Shown: positions 43,382 to 61,191, counted from the stretch's first letter. The stretch: 64,000 nt of DNA from Eledone cirrhosa (GCA_964016885.1 OZ024740.1:343728001-343792000); one strand, 5' to 3'. Notes: a model not told the origin generated them from the letters alone. A program made the numbers and translations.

Positions 43382-43758
43382 AGCAGGGAGAGAGTATAGT
43401 AGACTTAGAGAGACTGATAGTATGAGAACATGACGACGTGAGTAATAAATACGTGAACGGGGAATGTGGCCACAGAAAGTGACAGGTTGCAAGAGAGTGA
43501 GTTATAGATTGTTAGAATGAGAGAGGGAAGAGAGTGAAAGAGTTGAGGTGACCATGATAGACACAAAGTATGTTAGGGAGGGAGTAAGTAACAAAAACAT
43601 AGATATATATAGACTCCGAGAACGAGAAAAGGAGTGAGTATAGAAGAGGGGAAATAAACAAGTTATGCCAGCATGACTTTTGCACGTCGTATTGTGAGAT
43701 ATTGACAAAAGTGTGAGTATGTGTGTATGTGTATGTATGTGTGTTTGTGTGTGTGTGT

Positions 43759-43835
<77 letters not shown>

Positions 43836-43908
43836 GATATATTGATAGATAAACAGTGAGAGAGAAAGAGAGAGAGGAGATATAAATAGATATATAGATA
43901 GGTAGAGA

Positions 43909-43999
<91 letters not shown>

Positions 44000-44356
44000 G
44001 GACTGGACTATAGACAAACAAGTATTTATATATATCTGAAATATCGTTAAACCGGGCTCCATTTGCCGGATATCGGATAAGCCTTCCGAATCTGAATTAA
44101 GAGAGTGGCTGTCAGTGTTGACTTCCACTGCTATCTTTGAGCATCAATATTGTAGTTGCGTATATTGTAGGTGTGGTAGGCGAGCGCTGCACATCCAACA
44201 AAGATGGTAAATCCATCATAAATATTAAACCCAATAATCTTAAGAAATTGTCACTCTGTTATGAGATATTGTGGTAGTTGATCTGCGATAGCACTATATA
44301 CACCACAGTTAATTATATCACAATATCAACTGACAACTGGCAAGTGTGACCAAAAT

Positions 44357-44457
44357 AATTGTTTCTACTATTGGCACAAGGCCAGCAATTACTCAGTACA
44401 TTACAGGTACTTTATTTTATCGGCCACGTAAGGATGAAAGGCAAAGTTAACCTCGGC
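44357..44457 (-). mobile_element. SINE, 5'-truncated
   Basis: Similarity to SINE consensus. Confidence 0.85.
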
Positions 44458-44699
44458 ACCAAAGATAAGTAACATTTCCACAGTACATATCCTGCCACTA
44501 ATTCTAAGAAACATACCCATACTTTCTAGCTCAACATTTTCCGTTTTCTAGCCTTATACTTTGCATATTATTTTAATTGACTCTGCTCTCCGTTTCGTTC
44601 TAGCTATATACAGTATTTTATTCATATAGTACTTATTCTTTCTTTTGACCTCGTTGAAAGCGACACGAGTGGTAGGTAGCCGGCACTGTTGCAGTATAT

Positions 44700-45240
44700 T
44701 ATACTGGATGAAGTCCAAACATTCTACTCTCTGTAGACGACCAGTCCCTCCAAAGCAAACGGATGGCAATCCAGTATGACAAGACCTCGGACAACCTTAT
44801 CCGCTGGCTTGACCAGCACCGTTTGCCATGTTTTTGCTCTACCTCTCATCTCAAGAGCAATGCTTGGGCTAATGCAGTACTCTCGCTATAAGCCTACACT
44901 CAGTTGGGCACCGACTGTCTACGCATTGTTTCTCTGGAACTCTGTATCCAGATCTGCGAACCACAAAATTGTCGTTGTGGATCCACTGTGGACTATTTCA
45001 GCCTTTATCCACTACCATACTGCTACATTACCGACGGCCTCCCACGGTGAGCTACTCTCAACGAAATCAAAAGTGTGACTTGGACGCCGTAGGCTTCCCT
45101 TATCATCTGGCATCACGATCATCTCGTTCCGCGGTGGAAAGGTCCTCATCTGAATTGCAAAATGCAGTACCACATTCTCCAATGTTCCAGCACGCCGGAG
45201 AGCACTCCTCCATACCATTGGAGTAGCGAGGCTTGAGCCC
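44700..45240 (-). mobile_element. Possible Penelope-like RT N-terminal remnant
   Basis: VLVKPADKVVRGLVILD resembles the PLE (I/V)xxADKG..VI motif; otherwise heavily decayed. Confidence 0.45.
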
Positions 45241-45737
45241 ACATTTTGGATTTAATTTGTATGGAACACAGTTCAATTAGACTGAACTCTGATTTGGATC
45301 AATTTATTTTCTTGCCTTATTGTATTTTTTTATTTTATACAAAGCCACTGAAATTATTGAGAGCGTTCTCTTTTACTTCCTTTCAAGTTCCACTATAATA
45401 AACACGATTTCATCGTGAGAATTTATAGGTACAATTTCGTTGAGAATTTATTAACTGGTTTTCTTTATAGCAATTCTGTTGAAGCAGTACCAACTTATAT
45501 TCTGGCTGTATTATATTTTATTTCAAGTCTAATATTAAACATTTAGAAACAAAGATTAAGCTAGGCTGAAGTAGTTTAATGTTTGCATATTTACTTTTAA
45601 TTAGAACCTATGCCAAATGAGTAAGATGAGAGGCAATGCAAAACATTTTGTGTTTTCTGAAAATTTCGTTGCTATTTAGGTGAGTTCACATATTTCTGCT
45701 TTATACATTACATGATGGCTTTAAGTCACAGTACCAA

Positions 45738-45865
45738 CCTAAGGAAGAAGCATGAGACCCTAAATGTTGACCAGAAACTAAAACGTAAGGAAATTAAATG
45801 GTGGTACCCTAGCGGTGAGAGTGTGTGACAAGTATGATGTTAAAAGCAATCAAATTCAGACACAA
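45738..45865 (+). mobile_element. Tigger/pogo transposase N-terminal HTH fragment
   Basis: RKKHETLNVDQKL...VCDKYDV resembles the CENP-B/psq N-terminus. Confidence 0.4.
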
Positions 45866-46298
45866 ATTCAAACACAAATATACTGACACGCACACAGGCA
45901 TAACAACAAAGCAACATTTAAAAAAATCTATTAATTATCTGTACTGCGACCGCAATCAACAGAAAGGGCCCCTGTGTGATCACACTATCTGCTAGATATA
46001 CGAGCTAAATCGCCCTCAAATCAATCCCTACACTAAGAGAACTTTGTAGTCACGAAAACCATTCACTACTCCAAAATAATAGAATAACCTCACAACTCAT
46101 AATGTGCTCATACGAAACATCTAAGTAACGCAGAAATAACAAATAAGAAACTTTACAACAAAGCAAAACTGATGCAACATGTCTATACCTTAAAATACTG
46201 TCCTGTACACCCCAGGAACACAGAAGTGCAACTGGCAGTAGATGTTCGCACGAAATTGTTGACAACAATAACAACAGCAACAAAATAATAATATTAAT

Positions 46299-46745
46299 AA
46301 TTGTTTCTATTTTAGGCACAAGGCCAGCAATTTTGTGGGAGGGAAAAATCGATTATATCGACTCAGTGAATTACTGGTACTTTATTTTATCGACCCCCAT
46401 AAGGATGAAAGGCAAAGCTAACCTCGGCGGGATTAGAACACAGAACGTAAAAGGCCGTAACACTATGTCACAAGCATATTGTCCGACGCTCTACCGATAC
46501 TGCCAATCGACCTCCATTATAATTATAATTGTTTCTACTTTTGGCACAAGGCCAGACATTACTCAGTGCGTTACTGGTACTTTATTTTATCGACCCCGTA
46601 AGTATGAAATCAAAGTCAACCTCGGCGGGCCGCATTATAATTATAATGATTTCTGATTTAGGAACAAGACCAAACATTTTTGGGGAGGGAAAGTCGATTA
46701 AATCATCCCCAGTAGATTACTGGTTCTTTATAATATCGACCCCGT
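46299..46745 (-). mobile_element. Three tandem SINE copies separated by AAT tails
   Basis: 46299-46515, 46527-46630, 46648-46745. Confidence 0.85.
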
Positions 46746-46759
46746 ATGGTTTTGTATCC

Positions 46760-47182
46760 GTTCAAAAATAGTACCAGCACAAACTAGAGAAGTGATTTAA
46801 ATGCCAAAACCTTCAAACAGATAGAATTATTCAGCACAGAAAGCCTGATGTCATTTTCGGGGGATAAGAATGAGATAATTGATGTGACAGTACCAGAGGA
46901 TCATTATATCAAAGGGAGGGCAAACCAAAAATATGGCAACTACTTTATATTGAGATCAAAATTGCTAGAGTGTGGGACAAAAATACGAAAACGATACCAA
47001 TAGTCATAGGAACATCACAATGGGGCACCAAAAACTTAATAGTTTTTAAGGAAATTAGCATTTCACCTTGCAAAAATCTGCTTTGTTTGGAACTACGAAC
47101 ATTCTGGGCAAAATGCTGAGGTTATTTGATTTGATTGCGAGAATAAATATTATTGGCAGTCTAAGAACTGAGCAAACTTGGA
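46760..47182 (+). mobile_element. Old R4/Dong 3' remnant ending in (TAA)n
   Basis: KPDVIF...IIDVTVPED...IPIVIG...LQKSALFGTTNIL. Confidence 0.7.
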
Positions 47183-47193
47183 ATAATAATAAT

Positions 47194-47830
47194 TTCTTTT
47201 ATTGAGGAAAACACAATGACAAAAATAGCACAGGTTGGGGTTTACATCGTCCAAAGGAAAGTGGACATCGGCAAAGTGAAAACAGCAAGCGTAATCATAA
47301 TAGCAACTAGGAACAGTCCGTAAATATGAGAGTGCTTTAGGTTCTTCCAGGGAGAACCCAACACAAAGCCCTGATTACTCTGTCGGTTCATGACCATTCA
47401 AACTGCCCTCTTCCGGTTTCTTTCTTTCAGCTTAGAAAAGCCAATCGGTGTAGATCTATTCAACCACATAAATTTTGCCGCTCTCACTTATCTTTCATGA
47501 TCAACAGCATCTCCCTCTTTACCCTCACCTTCCTCCTCAAGTGATACTTGAAGAGGTTGATGAGCGCTTGAGCAGATAGGATGAGTCCTGTGCTCAAAAC
47601 TTTTAGACATGTCCACCATACAGCATCCTTAACCAGGGCTCCTAAGTAGAAGAAAACTTGCTACTCCTCTTTACTAAAGGAATCTGGCAGTTCAATTTTC
47701 ATTATAGATCCGGTTTTAAGCTGTATCTATCCTACACGTATTTGCAGTTGTTCGACACAAGCCCACAAATCAGCAATGCACAGATACTTGGTGATAGCAT
47801 GCAGGACATATACATATGTATCAGCTGTGT
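47194..47830 (-). mobile_element. Old Tx1 3' remnant
   Basis: RC GCATTGCTGATTTGTGGGCTTGTGTCGAACA matches 699-729; ends CAATAAAAGAAATTATTATT. Confidence 0.65.
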
Positions 47831-48192
47831 GTACGTATGCATACTTACATTTAAGAATCAGCTTTGGTAGGGCGAGAAATAAAATTCTAATTTAATTTCT
47901 CGCCCTACCGCATGGTCAGCCGTTACTCGCTCAGGATGCAAATGAGGCTACTCAACTGATGTGTAGTTGAAAAAATACTATATATGTTCAACCGTTCAAC
48001 AGACTGGCAGAGGTACATAGTCTTGATGAAGGGTAATGACCCAGAAACATGTTAATTGTCCCTAAATGCCAGTGTTGAACAAACGGATGACGATTTGTCA
48101 TCGGCACGGCACGGCTTTAATCGGACCGTTTGTTTACAAACGAATCGAATATAATTATTAATGTTCGATATAACCCATACGTACATATGTAC

Positions 48193-48241
<49 letters not shown>

Positions 48242-48385
48242 TATATATATATACACATATATATATATATATGGTGGGTGCCAACTCGTTTTCGAGTACG
48301 GCCACTACTTTCGATGCGCTAAACAAGTGTGACTTTTTAGTCCAGCCAGCGACTTGAAAACTCTGGTACAAACACTACACCTGTG

Positions 48386-48437
<52 letters not shown>

Positions 48438-48750
48438 GTATAGGATTATCCAAGATGTAGTGATGGTTAATTACTACACTGGATATGGTTGACGTACGGT
48501 AAGAGGTTACTCTACGAGTTATGGAAGAATTGTTCAAGAAACTTAGTTCCTGATCCTTCAGTTTCTGAGGAAACAGTGGTCACAGCATTGGATATTCGAG
48601 TTCTGCAAATACTTGTGAATTTGCACGTAGCGGAACTAGGCTGCAGTACCACCGTGGAAACACTTGTAAGCACACGGAATAAATTACCTTTTTATGATGT
48701 CTACCTGTTATTATTCATTCTTTATATATATATATATATATATACATGTG

Positions 48751-48795
<45 letters not shown>

Positions 48796-48798
48796 GTG

Positions 48799-48893
<95 letters not shown>

Positions 48894-48930
48894 ATATATA
48901 TATATGTATATATATATATACATACATACT

Positions 48931-49800
48931 GTGCCGTACTAAGAGTGAGAAATGAAATTTCGTTTCATTCTATTCCATTTATCGTTTTCGGTGCGCCCGG
49001 CCGACTTAACTCACTCTATATGCAAATTAGGCTGCTCAGCCGTTAATATTCATGAGGAAAGTATATACTTTCAGACGTTCAACCATCTGGCAGGAAGGTA
49101 TACGATGCTGAACATAGCTAATAAGCTTGACACTAGTACATCGTTCCTGTGTCAGTGTTGAACAAAAAGGTGACTTGGTTGCCTAAAAACTGTACGGCGT
49201 AATTCGGGCTGTTTATTTGTTTACAAACAAACAAACCGAGCATTATAATAAATGTTCGGTAAACCGATACGTGCATATATATATGTGTGCATGTATGTAT
49301 ATATATACATACTACTGTACGTCTGTATACATATATGTATGTACGTATACATACATACTTATATTTAAGTAAGTGCCGTCATAAGAGTGAGAAATGAAAT
49401 TTCGTTTCATTCTGTTCCATTTATCGTTTTCGGTGCGCCCGGCCGACTGAACTCACTCGATATGCAAATTAGGCAGCTCAGCCGTTAATATGCATAAGGA
49501 AATTATATACTTTCAGACGTTCAACCATCTGGCAGGAAGGTATACGATAGCTAATAAGCTTGAAACTAGTACATCGTTCCTGTGTCAGTGTTGAACAAAA
49601 AGGTGACGTGGTTGCCTAAACACTGTACGGCGTAATTCGAGCTGTTTGTTTGTTTACAAACAAACAAACCGAGCATTATAATAAACGTTCGGTAAACCGA
49701 TACTTTCATATATATATGTGTGCATGTATGTATATATATACATACTACTGTACATCTGTATAAATATATGTATGTACGTATACATACATACATACTTACG
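48931..49800 (+). repeat. Tandem dimer of a ~442-bp element with one hammerhead per unit; diverged homologue at ~47890-48190
   Basis: Units start 48931 and 49373; CGATG-CTGAACA-TAGCT AATA AGCTT-GACA-CTAG-TA-CATCG at 49103-49143. Confidence 0.85.
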
Positions 49801-49802
49801 GT

Positions 49803-49866
<64 letters not shown>

Positions 49867-49959
49867 ATATATATCTATATATATATAAATATATTTATGT
49901 ATATATATGTGTATATATATATATATGAATATATATATGTATATATATGTATATGTGCA

Positions 49960-52140
49960 CAAGGCACCGACACACAATTTCAACACTTCATGACAACGAT
50001 ACACACTAAATGTTTGTCCCGGAGAAAAAGGCAAACAGAGACAAAATTCCCAGAGATAGGAAAATCCTTATGAGACGAAGAACCAAGCTCTCAAACCAGT
50101 TGAATGCACAACAAGAAAACAAAAACAAGAAGGAATCCTATTTGAAATGTGCACTACTTGACACCGAGATTGCACTCAAACTTTCCCATGAAAAGGAGAA
50201 GGTAAAGAAAGAGAGCAGGGCTATAGAAAATATTAAAACAAACCCTAAGGCCTTCTTTAAATTTGAAAAAGAAACTGCCTCGATACACTGCAAGATTGGG
50301 CCATTCTTCCATACAGGCGGTTCATTAACCGATAATCCCCAAGAGATAAGTGAAATACTGAACGAACAGTACAAAAGTGTGTTCACATGTCCACTGAGGC
50401 ACATGCAAATAACAAAGCCAGAGGAGTTCTTTGATGCCACAAAACTACATGAAGAAATGGCGACCATCAACCACATAGACATAACGGAGGAGGATGTGGT
50501 ATACGCTATAGATGAAATTAGAACAGAATCAGCTGCTGGACCTGATGGATTCCCAGCAGTCCTCATAAAAACATGTAAGCGGGACTTAGCAACTCCACTG
50601 AAGACGCTCTTGAGAAGCTACTTGGCTAGCGTTATACTACCCAGGGAGCTAAAAGAAGGCACAATATGCCCTTTCCATAAAGGAGGTAGCAGAGTGGAGG
50701 CCAAAAACTACAGGCGAGTCTTCCTGACGTCACATATCTGTAAGGTCATGGAGCGAGTCATCAGAAAGATACCGATGACTTTCCTCGAGGAAAATGACCG
50801 CCTGACTAGCACGCAGCATGGCTTTCGCCCAGGAAGAAGCTGCCTTACGCAGCTGCTACATCACTACGACTGGGTACTGAAACAACTGCTAGACAGCTCA
50901 CATGTGGACGTGATATATCTTGCTTTGCGAAGGCCTTTGACAAGGTTGACCACGGAATGATATATAACAAACTACACGGACTCGGCATAACTGGAAAAGT
51001 AGGTGAGTGAATGCACGACTTCTTAAAGGACAGAGGCCAGACAGTCGCAGCAAGCGGGGCCCTCTCAAAGGAAACATCAATAACAAGTGGGGTGCCCTAA
51101 GGCACAGTCCTGGGACCACTACAGTTTTTGGTGGCTCTCTCAGACATGCCCTCTGTAGTACATACAACATCCCTCACTATCTATGCTGATGACACTAAGG
51201 TAACACAGGCAATAAAAAACCCGGCTGACGCTGTCCTTTTCCAACAAGATCTGGATGCCATATACAAATGGGCGGAGTACAACAACATGAAGTTTAAGCT
51301 GGCAAATTCCAAGCCCTACAAACACAAATACAGTAAAACACAGTTACGCAGGACCAGGAGGGCCCTTATCCTCATGTCAAAATCGATACGGGACCTGGGT
51401 ATAGACATGAGAGATGATGCATCTTTTTTCTCACACATCATGAAAGTGGCAACAATGTGCAGACGAATCGCTGGCTGGATCTTGAGGACTTTCCGAACAA
51501 GAGATCGAGACACCATGTTGACACTATGGAGGCGATTTGTCCTAAGACGCCTGGACTATTGCTACCAGTTGTGGTCACCCCATAGTGTCAAACTAACCAC
51601 GGAGCTTGAGGCAATCCAGCGAAGCTATACCAAGAGGATTGCCACGATGAAGGAGATAAGCTACAAGGGGAGAGGCTAAAAGAACTGAACCTCTACTCCT
51701 TGGAACGAAGACGGGAGAGATACGCAATGATCTACATGTGGAAAATCCTGGAGGGACTAGCAACAAACTTTGGCATTGGGAGCTGGACTAACCGTCGAAC
51801 AGGACGTCACTGTGTGGTACGTCACTGTGTGGTGCCAAAGGTCCCCTCTTCCACATCTAGAATAAGGAGCAGATATTGCAATAGCCTGGGGTTCAAGGGC
51901 CCCCAACTCTTCAAGAAGTTGCCGAGGGATCTGAGAGATCTGCATGGTGTGGATGTGGATGTCTTCAAGAAACATCTCGATACTTTGCTATCCGGGATTC
52001 CGGATGAGCAAGGCACGAGGGAAACTTAAGGGCAGCAGCAACAAACTCCCTCTTGCACCAATGGCCAACCAATACAGGCTGGAGATAAAATGTGTAGCAA
52101 CAAGGGCGGTGCCTCAGCCGGATGGCTTGAACAGGATATA
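49960..52140 (+). mobile_element. CR1/L2-type LINE, 5'-truncated, frameshifted RT
   Basis: SAAGPDG, KNYR..LTSHICKVMER, QHGFRPGRSCLTQLL, YADDTK, RDLGI, LDYCYQLWSPH. Confidence 0.88.
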
Positions 52141-52175
52141 GAGTAAAAGAGTATATATATATATATATAGAAATA

Positions 52176-52579
52176 TATATATTGGTAAACGGAATAGAAA
52201 ATGTTGACAAATTGTTCACAGTTGAAAAATGGTTTAATTAGGAATAAAAGAGTATTAGTGATTGTATGGGTTAGTATTCAGTTGTGGTTTTAAGTTTTTA
52301 AGTTTTTACCGGTTGCGCATTTCTAAATGCTTTTCAAAAATAATTTTGAGATAGAGTGTCCGTGCTGTTTGCTCTGATCAGAGCAAACAGCACGGACACT
52401 CTATCTCAAAATTATTTTTGAAAAGCATTTAGAAATGCGCAACCGGTAAAAACTTAAAAACTTAAAACCACAACTGAATACTAACCCATACAATCACTAA
52501 TACTCTTTTATTCCTAATTAAACCATTTTTCAACTGTGAACAATTTGTCAGCATTTTCTATTCCGTTTACCAATATATA
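52176..52579. repeat. Near-perfect spacerless palindrome, ~200-bp arms
   Basis: Axis CTCTGA|TCAGAG at 52377/52378; one mismatch seen. Confidence 0.95.
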
Positions 52580-52664
52580 ATAACTTGTGTGTTACACCTC
52601 TATTCTTTTAACTATATATATATATATATATAAATGTATGTATATATATATATAATATTATATA

Positions 52665-53756
52665 CAATGATATTAAATAAATGGAAACTATATAAAACCA
52701 TATTTATTCAATTATATATATTTCTAGGGTACCAAAATTTTGGTACGCTATCATCAGATAAAATACAAAATGTTTTATATATATTTAACATGACCAAGGA
52801 TAATATACCTTAACGGTTCAAGTTATCCCTGGAATAACTTGAACCGTTAAGGTATATTACCCTTGGTCATGTCAAATATATATAAAACATTTTGTATTTT
52901 ATCTGGTGATAGCGTACTAAAATTTTGGTACCCTTGAAATATATATAATTGAATAAATATGGTTTTATAAATATAGTTTCCATTTATTTAATATCATTGA
53001 ATATTTACTCCATAAAGCTGTAGAGTGCTCTGAATCAGTTATAAACATTTGTATATATATATATATTGAGTATGTGTTGGTTGTATACCAACACCTCAGT
53101 ATGCATGCTGGAGCACTCGACGAAGTGCGCAGGTTGGTTTGGTTACTCCGGAGTAATGTAAAGTAAAGTAAAATAAATAAGTCAAATGTTTAAAATTTAG
53201 CTTCGTTTATCACTGCTATATATATTTCGGTGACAGCCATCTTTGTCTGTGACCTCTTTAGGCAGTCCGAATTAGTGTGGTATAGACAAGTACATATGAT
53301 TCCAGTTCCTCAGTGAAATAACAATCCAACCAGGAACTGGGCATATCAGAGTATTGACAAAATTATACACCTCAACAACATATGTACTGTTCTATACCAC
53401 ACTAATTCGGACTGTCTGAATAGGTCACAGCCAAAGATGGCTGTCACCGAAATATATATAGCAGTGATAAACGAAGCTAAATTTTAAACATTTGACTTAT
53501 TTATTTTACTTTACTTTACATTACTCCGGAGTAACCAAACCAACCTGCGCACTTCGTCGAGTGCTCCAGCCTGCATACTGAGGTGTTGGTATACAACCAA
53601 CACATACTCAATATATATATATATACAAATGTTTATAACTGATTCAGAGCACTCTACAGCTTTCTGGAGTAAATATTCAATGATATTCAATAAATGGAAA
53701 CTATATTTATAAAACCATATTTATTCAATTATATATATTTCAAGGGTACCAAAATT

Positions 53757-53757
<1 letters not shown>
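52665..53757. repeat. Two overlapping palindromes (axes ~52829 and ~53340) carrying four hammerhead copies
   Basis: Motifs at 52705-52766(-), 52893-52956(+), 53212-53266(-), 53411-53465(+). Confidence 0.9.
53411..53465 (+). ncRNA. Type I minimal hammerhead (G8 mutated)
   Basis: ACTGT-CTGAATA-GGT.ACAGCCA AAGA TGGCTGT.ACC-GAAA-TATATA-TA-GCAGT. Confidence 0.75.
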
Positions 53758-53812
<55 letters not shown>

Positions 53813-54494
53813 TACAATGATATTAAATAAATGGAAACTATATTTAGAAAACTATATTTATTCTAATATAATATTATATTAATTTCTCCTAGATTTAATA
53901 ATTAACTAATTAATTTAATTAGACAAGTCTGTTGATTGGTTAAGTATTTGTGTTTGTTTAATAACATCTGGTCGAGAGTTTATTCTGATGGTTAGCGGAA
54001 AGTAATACTTCCTTTGTCTAACATTTTGAATGACCCGCCAAAAACCGGGGGTTGTTTCCCTTGCTGGAAATGACACGTGACAACTATACATACGATTTGC
54101 TGCACCTAGCGCTAACATTTAGCTTCTCACCCCGTTCTTTGGTAGAACGAACACCTGTTGATGAACTGAACCCTCTGTTCGATCATGAATACCACGAGCT
54201 TGCCAGTTACGTAAGTTTGATATTTGATTTCGGATTCATAGAAACACTTTAAGCGTATAATGTTTGATTTGTCCAGTTGTATTTTTCTCAACCTGTTAGT
54301 TCTTTCGTTACTTTGGTATATTGTGTTTTAGATTTTGCCTACCATAATGTTCAATTTGTCAAGCTATTTAAACATATGTTATTAATCTGAGGATCTACCT
54401 TGTCGAGTGCTTTGCTAACTCATTCTCATAGTAGGCAGAATTTGCTTGCACACCGCCAGAGATTCAATTTTACTAAGTATCCAATTATATTATT

Positions 54495-54556
54495 TTATTC
54501 TATTATATATATTTCAAAGGTGCCAACACTTTGGTACGCACTCATCAGATAAAATG
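54495..54556 (-). ncRNA. Type I minimal hammerhead, same family as 34021 and 52705
   Basis: CATTTTAT-CTGATGA-..GTACCAA AGTG TTGGCAC..-GAAA-TATATA-TA-ATAGAATA. Confidence 0.7.
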
Positions 54557-55191
54557 CAAAGTTTATTTCATAAATTTTGACATAACCAAGAAATCTTAAA
54601 GGTTCAAGTTTTTCTTGGATAATGAAGGAAAAGAGACGAACAGTCAGATATTTCAAATTATTAAGATTAGTATGCAAATGAAGTTGAGGTATAGGGCTGA
54701 AAAAAAACGTTATTTTTAGACGTTATGCACAATTTAAATAATTAGGATATATGTATGTATAAGTAGGAAAAAGAAAAAAGAAAGAAGAGCTTGTATTTAC
54801 GTTAATTTAAAAAGAATTAACAATTTGCGGGAATGGTGGAATATGATTATTTAGCTATATTATGAGTTATAATATTGTATATATAATTAATTATATTATA
54901 TGAAGAATTATGGTTGTAAGTAGATTTTATCTTATTACATTACAATAGGTTGTAAGTATATAAATATCTATATAGATTAATAATTGTGCATGTATAAGTA
55001 TTATAGAAATAGAAATAATTTACAATTATTAGTTGTTTACATTTCTAATATGAGTTACGAAGGATGTTTACGAAGGATGATTTTGCATTTTACATAAAAA
55101 AAAAACACGTACTTCAAGTTGTAAGAGGAGAACAATTTGTAGATTCAAATATTTTGTTCCAGCATTGAAAATGTTTTCAGAATATTATTAA

Positions 55192-55288
55192 TTTCTGAGT
55201 TCAAATCCCGCCGAGGTTAGCTTTGCCTTACGGGGTCGATAAAATAAAGTACCAGTAATCTACTGAGGTAATTGCTGGCCTTGTGCCA
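55192..55288 (+). mobile_element. SINE, truncated
   Basis: B box, core and tail. Confidence 0.8.
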
Positions 55289-55419
55289 AAAGTAGAAACA
55301 ATTATTAATTTTACAAAGTTATATAGTTTATCATACATATTATATTATAATATAATGTTTATGTTTGCACGATTGAAAAGGAAAAGATAACTCCAATCTT
55401 GTTTGTAAGGTTTCACCTT

Positions 55420-58121
<2,702 letters not shown>

Positions 58122-59071
58122 ATGAAAGACCTAAAATAAGAAAATTATGAAAGTCAACTTACTTACTAAAATTTCACTCCAACTAATTAGTTTCTGTAAG
58201 GGAATAAATATGGTTACAGAACGCAACCATAGAGAATCCTTACGTCATCCGGTAGTCTATTCTCAGCTAAGTTCCCAGGCAATGCGTGGACACAGGGAAC
58301 TTACATAAAAAATAATTCAGTGGATGGAAAAAAGCGAGCGGTGACTAAATTGCAGGACATTGAAAAATTCACTGCCTACTTGGTCAGTGGCAAATTCAAA
58401 AGAATCAATCACGTGACAGAGGTTAATCAGTGAGGAGTGGGGTGCTAATAAGACAAGAGCCCAACTACTACCATGAACCATAGCAGTAATTTCGGCAACT
58501 TTTTGCTCAACAAATAATTTGGAGATAATTATAAAGAATTAGTATATCTACCAACATATGTATACAGATGCATACCTATGCTAGCAAATATATAGGTTTT
58601 GTCTTAGTAACTTTATGGTTCTATGCAAGGGGATGCAGAACAATTATATGAAAGACGTAAAATAAGAAAATTACGAAAATCAACTTACTTACTAAAATAT
58701 CACTCCAACTAATTAGTTTCTGTAAGGGAATAAATGTGGTTACGGAACGCAACCATAGAGAATCCTTAAGTCACCAGGGAGTCTATTCTCAGCTAAGTTC
58801 GCAGGCAATGCGTGGACACAGGGAACTTATATAAAAATAATTCAGTGGATGGAAAAAAGCGAGCGGGGACTAAATTCCAGGACAATGAAAAATTCACTGC
58901 CTACTTGGTCAGTGGCAAATTCAAAAGAATCAATCACGTGACAGAGGTTAATCAGTGAGGAGTGGGGTGCTAATAAGACAAGAGCCTAACTACTACCATG
59001 AACCATAGCAGTAATTTCGGCAAATTTTTGCTCAACAAATAATTTGGAGATAATTATATATAATAATATTT

Positions 59072-60239
<1,168 letters not shown>

Positions 60240-60240
<1 letters not shown>

Positions 60241-60880
60241 GAATAAGGAAAGCGAAGTAGTTTCAGATGTTCAAGTCCTGTAATAATAATTGTTTCTACT
60301 TTAGGCACAAGGCCAGCAATTACTCAGTCCATTACTGGTACTTTATTTTATCGACCCCGTAAGGAAGAAAGGCAAAGTCAACCTCGGCGGGATTTTGAAC
60401 TCAGATCGTAAAGGGACGTAACTATGCTGGAAAGCATGGCGTCCGACCCTCTACCGATACTGCTAATCCACTGTGATATATATGTCAGTGACGACACTGG
60501 CCACACTGTTCTTTGTGCGAGTGTCGTGTCATCATCAGTCAGCTTGTTACATAATAAGGTTATGTTTCCGAGGCAATCCAAATCGGATCGACAAGGAAAC
60601 GGATGAATTGCGTGTTCTTGGGTTTTTCATCCGCTCCCTTGTGAATTGGTACTCACAAGGGAGCAGATGAAAAACCCTAGAACACGCAATTCATTCGTTC
60701 CCTTGTCGATCCAATTTGGATTCCTCGGAAACATAACCTTATTATGTAACAAGCTGTCTGATGATGACACGACACTCGCACACAGAACAGTGTGGCCAGT
60801 GTCGTCACTGAAATATATATCAGAGCATTATCATTACAGGACTTGAACATCTGAAACTACTTCGCTTTTCCTTATTCGAT
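60240..60880. repeat. Palindromic element (axis ~60650) with paired hammerheads; SINE (60288-60472, -) inserted in left arm
   Basis: 60474-60644 is inverted at 60654-60822; 60241-60285 is inverted at 60832-60877. Confidence 0.9.
60753..60826 (+). ncRNA. Type I minimal hammerhead with intact core
   Basis: GCTGT-CTGATGA-TGACACGACACT..AGTGTCGTCACT-GAAA-TATATA-TC-AGAGC. Confidence 0.75.
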
Positions 60881-61127
60881 ATTTACTCCGTCACTCCTAT
60901 GTGGAAAAAGTACGTTGAGTGCTTGAATTGAATTGCATCAATGTTTGCCCTAATATATATACATATATATACATATATATATATATATATACATATATAT
61001 ACATTTATATGTATATATATATATACATATATATACATATATACATATATATACATATATACATATATATACATATATACATATATATACATATATATTC
61101 ATATATATATACATATATATGTACAAA

Positions 61128-61191
<64 letters not shown>

